Source of the DNA: Pyrobaculum calidifontis JCM 11548
GTDB lineage: Archaea; Thermoproteota; Thermoprotei; Thermoproteales; Thermoproteaceae
Assembly: GCF_000015805.1 (NCBI RefSeq)
Contig: NC_009073.1
Location: forward strand, 960,001 to 992,000
Reading direction: 5' to 3'
DNA: 32,000 nucleotides
In this document: positions 26,139-32,000 of the stretch, one piece after another
How positions within the stretch are numbered: the stretch's first letter is position 1
How the letters are laid out: the number at the start of each line of letters is the position of its first letter
Program-made: the position numbers and the translations under genes
Notes under the pieces: generated by a model
Told to the model about the DNA's origin: nothing
The model's database searches: none
Seen by the model: the letters and a program-made list of their open reading frames with translations, nothing else

Positions 26139-26986
26139 AGCTCGGCGTACTCTTCGAGGTCTTCAAGGCGGCTACGCCTATACTGCTGGCGACGCTGGGG
26201 GCGGCGGTGGGGCAAAGAGCGGGTGTGCTCAATTTAGGCATTGAGGGCACCGTCTACTTATCTGCCGCCGTGGCCGCCCTTCTGGGCCCCCCTTGGGGCC
26301 TTCTACTCGCCGTGGTGGTGGGCACCTTGTACAACCTTCTCTACTACTTCCTTGCAAACGACTTTGCGCTCAACCAAGTCCTGCTAGGCTTTGCCTTCAC
26401 TATGGTGGCATACGGCGTGGGCTCCCAAGTGGCGCAGAGCAGAGTTGGTGTGCCGTTGCAGAAGCCGGCGCTGTACGGCCCCGAGGCCTTCGCCGCGGCG
26501 GTTGTATTGGCAGTGGTGGTGCATGTTCTCCTAAGGACGAGGCTCGGCGTGGCGATAAAGGCCTCCGGCGACGACCCAGCATCGCTTGACCTAATGGGGA
26601 TTGACGTATATCGCGTTAGAAAAATTGCAGGCGCAGTGGAGGGCCTTTTGGCATCGGCGGCCGGCGCCTACTTGGTGTTGGCATACTACGGTAGCTGGAG
26701 CGACCAACTGGTCATGGGCTGGGGCTTTCTTGCAGTTGTCACAGCAATGATAGCCCTATGGCGGCCCCTACTTGCAATAGCCGCCTCACTTGTGCCATCC
26801 ACGTTTATATCTCTCTCATACACACTCCAACGGTATCTACAGATCTCTCCCCACCTCTTAAACACAACGCCATACCTAGCCTCCATAGCCGTTTTGGTAA
26901 TCCTATACATTGCGGCGAGACGCGGAGCATTTAAGACATCGGCGCCTCGATGGCTCGCCAAGCCCTACATCCGCGAAGAGCGGTAA
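26129..26986 (+). CDS. ABC transporter permease (BMP-type system, second permease)
   Basis: 285 aa and multi-TM, with a GVLNLGIEGTVY motif. 10-nt overlap with the preceding permease gene. Confidence 0.8.
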   Translation: MAVELGVLFEVFKAATPILLATLGAAVGQRAGVLNLGIEGTVYLSAAVAALLGPPWGLLLAVVVGTLYNLLYYFLANDFALNQVLLGFAFTMVAYGVGSQVAQSRVGVPLQKPALYGPEAFAAAVVLAVVVHVLLRTRLGVAIKASGDDPASLDLMGIDVYRVRKIAGAVEGLLASAAGAYLVLAYYGSWSDQLVMGWGFLAVVTAMIALWRPLLAIAASLVPSTFISLSYTLQRYLQISPHLLNTTPYLASIAVLVILYIAARRGAFKTSAPRWLAKPYIREER

Positions 26987-26989
26987 CAA

Positions 26990-27010
26990 GGCGCACTAAA
27001 GCGCCGATAA
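26990..27010. repeat. Hairpin-forming repeat copy 1 (GGCGCA-CTAA-AGCGCCGA)
   Basis: GGCGC/GCGCC stem. Shares the blocks GGCGCA and AGCGCCGA with the copy at 27291-27310. Lies 4 nt after the permease stop. Confidence 0.35.
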
Positions 27011-27104
27011 GGCGACGCCCTCTACACACGACCAAGGAAGGGAGTAGGGTTGTACAAGGCGCTGAGTTGAGACGCATTCAAGCTTACGTCCGCAACGACG
27101 CCGA

Positions 27105-27112
27105 TATAAAAC
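27105..27112 (-). terminator. Oligo-T tract downstream of tRNA-Thr
   Basis: Minus strand GTTTTATA begins 3 nt after the encoded CCA. Archaeal RNA polymerase terminates at oligo-T tracts. Confidence 0.4.
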
Positions 27113-27114
27113 GG

Positions 27115-27244
27115 TGGAGCCCCGGCCGGGATTTGAATTCCCGGGGTGTCCCCTCCCGGGGCCGCCCGCTGTCTCGGCGGCCCGCCTACAAGGCGGGCGC
27201 TTTGGCCCAGCTACCGCTGTCTGACCGGGCTGAGCTACCGGGGC
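27115..27244 (-). tRNA. tRNA-Thr (anticodon UGU) with three putative introns and encoded CCA
   Basis: Minus strand: acceptor GCCCCGG/CCGGGGC, anticodon arm CCCGC-CTTGTAG-GCGGG, T arm CCGGG-TTCAAAT-CCCGG, discriminator T, CCA at 27117-27115. A 75-nt cloverleaf forms only after removing 27219-27201 (19 nt), 27180-27165 (16 nt) and 27154-27138 (17 nt). Confidence 0.85.
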
Positions 27245-27264
27245 CGTGTCTATGTTTAGGTGTC

Positions 27265-27278
27265 TTAATAAGTTTTAA
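27265..27278 (-). promoter_or_regulatory. A/T-rich promoter element for tRNA-Thr
   Basis: Minus strand TTAAAACTTATTAA, centred about 27 nt upstream of the tRNA 5' end at 27244. Confidence 0.45.
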
Positions 27279-27290
27279 GGGGCTGTTTAC

Positions 27291-27310
27291 GGCGCAGTAG
27301 CGCCGACTAC
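27291..27310. repeat. Hairpin-forming repeat copy 2 (GGCGCA-GT-AGCGCCGA)
   Basis: GGCGC-AGTA-GCGCC hairpin. Same two sequence blocks as 26990-27010. The two copies flank the tRNA gene. Confidence 0.35.
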
Positions 27311-27406
27311 AGCGGCAAGTGCATCGAAGAGGGTGTACTGCGTCTCGCTAGCGGTCGGGGTGAGGCCGCCGGGGAGTTGGGGCTTGTGTTGTCTAACTAT
27401 TGTCGG

Positions 27407-27745
27407 CTACCAGAGGAGGAGCCTAATTACTCGTCTGGCGCGTGCTCTCTGCCATTGGAGTAGGTATAGGGCGAGGGCTGCGGTAAATGTGATATTTATC
27501 GCCCAAGACGCCGTGCGGAGGAGTGTGTACACAAGCCCTAGGTCTACGTGGAGGGAATTTGACAGAGCCCGTAGCGCCACCTCGTATATGAGGGGCCCCG
27601 CCGCTGGTATCACTGAGAGGATTAGTGCTATGGAGAGCATGGCGCCTACTACCCCGTTCCACAGGACCGCGTATGGGTCTGTGGCCGGCGTGATGGCTGC
27701 CGCGTATACGGCAGTTAGCGCGGCTAGGGCGAAGTAGAGCTTCAT
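27407..27745 (-). CDS. Hypothetical small membrane protein (112 aa, 3-4 hydrophobic segments)
   Basis: ATG start and hydrophobic helices throughout. Preferred over the antisense ORF 27333..27737, which is Arg/Ser/Ala-rich with no features. The start overlaps the stop of a 32-codon upstream ORF (ATGA). Confidence 0.5.
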   Translation of the reverse strand: MKLYFALAALTAVYAAAITPATDPYAVLWNGVVGAMLSIALILSVIPAAGPLIYEVALRALSNSLHVDLGLVYTLLRTASWAINITFTAALALYLLQWQRARARRVIRLLLW

Positions 27746-27840
27746 GTCTCCTCCAGTTTTCTAATTAACCACTCCACTATGTGCGCATGAGCTGTGCCCC
27801 TCCGCCGCGGTAGCTCTTCTAGGCACTTCTTGTCGGCCAT
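27742..27840 (-). CDS. Candidate 32-aa ORF MADKKCLEELPRRRGTAHAHIVEWLIRKLEET
   Basis: ATG at 27840 lies about 25 nt downstream (minus sense) of AGTTAAATAC (27860-27869 region). Its stop TGA overlaps the ATG of the 112-aa membrane ORF. Too short to assess by composition. Confidence 0.25.
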   Translation of the reverse strand: MADKKCLEELPRRRGTAHAHIVEWLIRKLEET

Positions 27841-27869
27841 ACCTTTTAATTAGACCTGTATTTAACTGT

Positions 27870-30221
27870 GTGAGGTTTTGGCCTCTAGACGCCACGTACT
27901 CTGTGGTTGGCGGGGTGCCTGAGGTGAGGGTCTTCGGCGTCGACGGCGAGGGTCGGAGGGTTGTTCTCGTCGATAGGCGTTTTAGGCCGTACTTCTACGC
28001 CAAGTGTGACAAGTGCGACGCCTCTTTGGCCAAGTCGTATCTTTCCCGTGTGGCTCCTGTGGAGGCCGTGGAGGTGGTGGAGCGGCGGTTTTTCGGCAGG
28101 CCCACGATCTTTCTAAAGGTGGTGGCTAAGGTGCCTGAGGATGTGCGGAAGTTGCGGGAGGCGGCCTTGGGAGCCCCCGGCGTCGTAGACGTGTACGAGG
28201 CCGATATTAGGTACTACATGCGTTACATGATAGATAAGGGAGTTGTCCCCTGCGCTTGGAACGTGGTAGAGGCGAGAGAGGCGGGCAAGCTCGGCCCTCT
28301 GCCGTTGTACGAAGTTGTGGAGTGGGCCGGCGTTGAGGAGGGCTTTCCGCCCCCTCTTCGCGTCTTGGCCTTCGACATAGAGGTGTACAACGAGAGGGGG
28401 AGCCCAGACCCGCTTCGCGATCCCGTGGTGATGCTCGCTGTCAAGACCAGCGACGGCCGCGAGGAGGTCTTCGAGGCGGAGGGCAGAGACGACAGGAGGG
28501 TCATTAGGGGGTTTGTGGATTTTGTAAAAGAGTTTGACCCCGATGTAATAGTTGGCTACAACTCCAACGGCTTTGACTGGCCTTACCTCTCCGAGAGGGC
28601 TAAGGCGTTGGGTGTTCCGCTGAGGGTGGATAGGCTGGGCGGCGTGCCTCAGCAGAGTGTCTACGGCCACTGGTCTGTGGTAGGCAGGGCGAACGTCGAC
28701 TTGTACAACATAGTGGACGAGTTTCCAGAGATTAAGGTGAAGACTCTGGACCGCGTGGCTGAGTACTTCGGCGTCATGAAGAGGAGTGAGCGCGTGTTAA
28801 TACCTGGCCACAAGGTGTATGAGTATTGGAACGACCCTGCGAAGAGGCCCACGCTTATGCGCTACGTCCTCGACGACGTTAGATCCACTCTGGGCCTCGC
28901 CGAGAAGCTTCTCCCATTCTTAATCCAGCTCTCCTCCGTGTCTGGACTGCCGCTCGACCAAGTGGCCGCGGCCAGCGTTGGGAATAGAGTGGAGTGGATG
29001 CTTTTGCGCTACGCCTACCGCATGGGCGAGGTGGCGCCGAATAGGGAGGAGAGGGAGTACGAGCCTTACAAGGGGGCGATTGTGCTAGAGCCAAAGCCCG
29101 GGCTGTACAGCGACGTGCTTGTGTTAGACTTCTCCTCAATGTACCCCAACATAATGATGAAGTACAACCTCTCGCCCGATACTTACTTGGAGCCGCATGA
29201 GCCAGATCCCCCGGAGGGGGTAGTGGTGGCGCCCGAGGTGGGGCACCGCTTTAGAAAGGCTCCAACCGGCTTTATCCCCGCCGTGTTGAAGCACTTAGTG
29301 GAGCTTAGAAGGGCGGTTAGAGAGGAGGCGAAGAAGTATCCCCCCGACTCGCCTGAGTACCGACTCTTGGACGAGAGGCAGAGGGCTCTCAAGGTCATGG
29401 CAAACGCCATGTACGGCTACTTAGGCTGGGTTGGTGCGCGGTGGTACAAGAAAGAGGTCGCGGAGTCCGTTACGGCGTTTGCGCGGGCCATTCTACTCGA
29501 CGTGGTGGAGTACGCGAAGAGGCTTGGCATCGAGGTGATATACGGCGACACGGACAGCCTCTTCGTTAAGAAGAGCGGGGCGGTGGACAGGCTGGTGAAA
29601 TATGTGGAAGAGCGGCACGGCATTGAGATTAAGGTGGATAAGGACTATGAGAGAGTGTTGTTTACTGAGGCTAAGAAGAGGTACGCCGGGTTGTTGAGAG
29701 ATGGGAGAATAGACATCGTGGGGTTTGAAGTAGTTAGGGGGGACTGGTGCGAGTTGGCCAAGGAGGTCCAGCTGAACGTGGTGGAACTTATTCTTAAGTC
29801 GAAGAGCGTGGGCGAGGCCAGGGAGCGGGTTGTGAAATATGTCCGCGAAGTAGTTGAGCGCCTAAAGGCGTATAAATTCGACTTAGACGACTTGATCATC
29901 TGGAAGACGTTGGACAAGGAGCTGGATGAGTACAAGGCCTATGGCCCCCACGTCCACGCCGCGTTGGAGCTTAAGAGGAGGGGCTACAAAGTGGGTAAGG
30001 GGACCACTGTGGGGTATGTGATAGTGAGGGGGCCCGGCAAGGTTTCTGAACGCGCCATGCCCTACATATTCGTCGACGACGCGAGTAAAGTGGACGTGGA
30101 CTACTACATTGAGAAGCAAGTTATCCCAGCCGCGCTCAGAATAGCAGAGGTCCTCGGCGTAAAAGAGAGCGACTTGAAGACAGGCAGAGTCGAAAAATCA
30201 CTCTTGGACTTCCTAGGCTAG
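27870..30221 (+). CDS. polB: Family B DNA polymerase
   Basis: 783 aa. Exo I FDIEV, motif A DFSSMYPNI, motif B KVMANAMYGYLG, motif C YGDTDS. No intein. GTG start with TTTTAATTA at 27844-27852. Confidence 0.95.
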   Translation: MRFWPLDATYSVVGGVPEVRVFGVDGEGRRVVLVDRRFRPYFYAKCDKCDASLAKSYLSRVAPVEAVEVVERRFFGRPTIFLKVVAKVPEDVRKLREAALGAPGVVDVYEADIRYYMRYMIDKGVVPCAWNVVEAREAGKLGPLPLYEVVEWAGVEEGFPPPLRVLAFDIEVYNERGSPDPLRDPVVMLAVKTSDGREEVFEAEGRDDRRVIRGFVDFVKEFDPDVIVGYNSNGFDWPYLSERAKALGVPLRVDRLGGVPQQSVYGHWSVVGRANVDLYNIVDEFPEIKVKTLDRVAEYFGVMKRSERVLIPGHKVYEYWNDPAKRPTLMRYVLDDVRSTLGLAEKLLPFLIQLSSVSGLPLDQVAAASVGNRVEWMLLRYAYRMGEVAPNREEREYEPYKGAIVLEPKPGLYSDVLVLDFSSMYPNIMMKYNLSPDTYLEPHEPDPPEGVVVAPEVGHRFRKAPTGFIPAVLKHLVELRRAVREEAKKYPPDSPEYRLLDERQRALKVMANAMYGYLGWVGARWYKKEVAESVTAFARAILLDVVEYAKRLGIEVIYGDTDSLFVKKSGAVDRLVKYVEERHGIEIKVDKDYERVLFTEAKKRYAGLLRDGRIDIVGFEVVRGDWCELAKEVQLNVVELILKSKSVGEARERVVKYVREVVERLKAYKFDLDDLIIWKTLDKELDEYKAYGPHVHAALELKRRGYKVGKGTTVGYVIVRGPGKVSERAMPYIFVDDASKVDVDYYIEKQVIPAALRIAEVLGVKESDLKTGRVEKSLLDFLG

Positions 30222-31436
30222 TTTCTGCAGTTGTTCAAAGGTTACAATTTTTAGGTCTTCTGGCACCTTTGTCAGCGGGCCCACTCTCGCCGTTATTATG
30301 ATCTTTACGCCCTTCTTTGCGGCTAAATCCACTATCCTCTGTGTGACAATGCCGTCCATTAATATGGCGTAGATAGAGTCTGTGGAGTTTGCCAGCTCGT
30401 CGGGCAGCTCTCTCACGGCTATGCGCTTTATTAGAGACCAGTTAGTGTCGTAGAGCTCGGCTTCGAGCGTGCCTTGCATGTCGCCTAGCCGTTTTACAAT
30501 CTCCTGAGGCACCTCTGCAATGGGCTGTTGCGAGGGGGCCGCTGGAGGGGCTGTCGGCTGTTGCGGCGGGGGAGCGGCGGCCTCGGTCTTCTCAGCTCCC
30601 GCCTTCTGTTGCGCCAACCACTCTTCCAGTGTTACCTTATTCCTCAGCGCCTTTGCTATCTCCTTAGCGGTCAGTTGTTCTACTTCTTTGCCGGGCGGGG
30701 CGCGGGCTACGTAGTCGATGTGTGCAACCTTCATTAACTCCTTTAACACCATCTCGCCTCCCTTGTCGCCGTCTATGAATAATGTTATGGATTTTCTCTT
30801 GCTTAAATCGATGATGGTTTGAGGCACGCCGCGGCTAATCCCCTCTAGCGCTATTACGTTTCTATAGCCGTGTTTTACAAGGTTTACGACGTCTGCCCTC
30901 CCCTCGACTACGATGATCCAATCCGACTTATCAACGTCTGGGCCTGCCGGCAGTTTTTCTGGCCCATATTCCACAACCTCTGCCTTTGCCACATCCTCTT
31001 TCAACTTTTCAATTATCTCCTTGGTGTCTGGCAGTATCTCCTCCTCTATCATTTTAATCAGCTCCTTGGCTCTCTCAACGATTTTCTTCCTCTTTTCCTC
31101 TCTCAGGTCTCTGATTTCTAGCACTTTTACGGTGGCGGGGTAGGGCCCCACTCTTTCTATGCTCTCGATTAAAGCGGCCACTAGCGCGGTCTCGTAGCGG
31201 TCTAAGTTACTCGGTATGTATATCTTCGCCTTTGTCTTCCCGTCCTTCTCCTGTATGTCCACCTCTATTCTCCCTATGCGCCCCATCATTTGTAGCTCTC
31301 TGAGGTCCATGTCCTTTCCTAGTAGGCCTTCGGTTTGGGAAAACAGTGCGCCTATGATGTCTGATTTATCTACTCCGCCGTTTACCTCTATTTGCGCCAC
31401 TATCATGTACTTGGCTACTATGGTTAAAGCGCCCAT
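30213..31436 (-). CDS. dnaG: Archaeal DnaG-like primase (TOPRIM protein, exosome-associated)
   Basis: The N-terminus KYMIVAQIEVNGGVDKSDIIGALFSQTEGLLG...RIGRIEV is characteristic of archaeal DnaG. TOPRIM region IVVEGRADVVNL...LFIDGDKGGE. 407 aa. Confidence 0.9.
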   Translation of the reverse strand: MGALTIVAKYMIVAQIEVNGGVDKSDIIGALFSQTEGLLGKDMDLRELQMMGRIGRIEVDIQEKDGKTKAKIYIPSNLDRYETALVAALIESIERVGPYPATVKVLEIRDLREEKRKKIVERAKELIKMIEEEILPDTKEIIEKLKEDVAKAEVVEYGPEKLPAGPDVDKSDWIIVVEGRADVVNLVKHGYRNVIALEGISRGVPQTIIDLSKRKSITLFIDGDKGGEMVLKELMKVAHIDYVARAPPGKEVEQLTAKEIAKALRNKVTLEEWLAQQKAGAEKTEAAAPPPQQPTAPPAAPSQQPIAEVPQEIVKRLGDMQGTLEAELYDTNWSLIKRIAVRELPDELANSTDSIYAILMDGIVTQRIVDLAAKKGVKIIITARVGPLTKVPEDLKIVTFEQLQKLA

Positions 31437-31503
31437 GTGGGCTGTTGGGGCTTTATGTTTTAAATGTTTTCACAAGGATTTAAACCCCCATCAACGGGCT
31501 GTC

Positions 31504-32000
31504 GTGTTGCAGATTTTGCGCCATGTGGGCGATGTAGTGCACAAGGCGCTCAAGTACGCGCTTGACTTAGCCCAGCCCGGGGTCCCGGTTCTTGAGCTTT
31601 GTGAGAAAGTGGAGGAGTTTATTAGGGCTAACGGGGCAAAGCCGGCGTTCCCCGTCAATGTGAGCATAAACGAGGTTGCCGCCCACTACACTGCCAAGCG
31701 TAGAGATGCCCTTGAGATTCCAAAGAGCGGGGTGGTGAAGATAGATGTTGGCGCACATCGGGATGGCTACATCGTCGACGCCGCCGTCTCCATAGCGTTT
31801 GGCTCAGCGTTTGAGAGCTTAGTCAAGGCGGCGCGCGGCGCGTTGGAGGCGGCGTTGAGCTTGGCGAAGCCCGGGGTAAGGGCGTGGCAGATAGGCGAGG
31901 CGGTGGAGAGGGTGGCCAAGGGCTATGGGTTTAGGCCTATCTACAACTTGACGGGGCACAAGATAGAGCGGTTCATCTTACACGCGGGGCACGTGGTGCC
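31504..32000 (+). CDS. map: Methionine aminopeptidase (type 2, archaeal), 3' end outside the window
   Basis: Open frame from GTG 31504 to the window end. PAFPVNVSINEVAAHYT, KIDVGAHRDGYIVDAA (metal Asp residues) and LTGHKIERFILHAG (metal His). Not in the ORF track because no stop codon falls in the window. Confidence 0.9.
   Translation, partial: MLQILRHVGDVVHKALKYALDLAQPGVPVLELCEKVEEFIRANGAKPAFPVNVSINEVAAHYTAKRRDALEIPKSGVVKIDVGAHRDGYIVDAAVSIAFGSAFESLVKAARGALEAALSLAKPGVRAWQIGEAVERVAKGYGFRPIYNLTGHKIERFILHAGHVV

Noticed and set aside
26950-27300. 116-aa ORF on the plus strand
   Set aside because: It runs antisense across the tRNA-Thr gene and its promoter. It is Arg/Pro-rich with no motif. The tRNA explains the sequence.
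27333-27737. 134-aa plus-strand ORF overlapping the 112-aa minus-strand ORF
   Set aside because: Only one of the pair can be real. The minus-strand ORF has an ATG start, upstream A/T boxes, coupling to a micro-ORF and clear TM helices. The plus-strand product is Arg/Ala/Ser-rich with no promoter-like element.
1-32000. CRISPR arrays, transposases or integrases, toxin-antitoxin or other defence modules, rRNA genes
   Set aside because: I scanned for regularly spaced direct repeats, IS-like terminal repeats and the characteristic protein motifs on both strands and found none. The window is core-genome-like.

Overview
Gene-dense chromosomal segment with about 31 protein genes, GC-rich. It reads like a Thermoproteales crenarchaeon (Pyrobaculum/Thermoproteus-like). 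Almost every transcription unit has an A/T-rich TATA-like box centred about 25-27 nt upstream of the start codon, implying leaderless mRNAs. GTG/TTG starts are common, neighbouring genes overlap by 1-30 nt, and one tRNA gene carries several non-canonical introns. Content is mainly housekeeping. In order: a membrane-protein pair; a PPP phosphatase; TatD; a cytoplasmic molybdopterin oxidoreductase; a polar-amino-acid ABC permease and ATPase; an HExxH protein; glutamate dehydrogenase; a ROK glucokinase; uL15-SecY; a SPOUT (DUF171) methyltransferase. Next is a glycogen cluster (NDP-sugar pyrophosphorylase, glycogen synthase, GH57 enzyme, short GT35 phosphorylase) interrupted by a tungsten-type aldehyde:ferredoxin oxidoreductase. 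The rest is ThiI, an MBL/beta-CASP nuclease, a BMP-family ABC transporter operon, tRNA-Thr, family-B DNA polymerase, archaeal DnaG and the 5' part of methionine aminopeptidase. I saw no CRISPR array, transposase, integrase or recognisable defence gene, and I cannot support a novel multi-gene system here. The observations most worth follow-up are RNA-level or small. (1) A tRNA-Thr(UGU) gene with three putative non-canonical introns. (2) Two intergenic C/D-box sRNA candidates, each with its own TATA box. (3) A leaderless 42-codon Lys/Glu-rich ORF in frame with the SPOUT methyltransferase gene and separated from it by a single TAG. (4) A 12-TM His-rich membrane protein with an HxH motif reminiscent of heme-copper oxidases. 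(5) Patchy codon usage inside gdhA. All coordinates and counts were derived by hand from the sequence.
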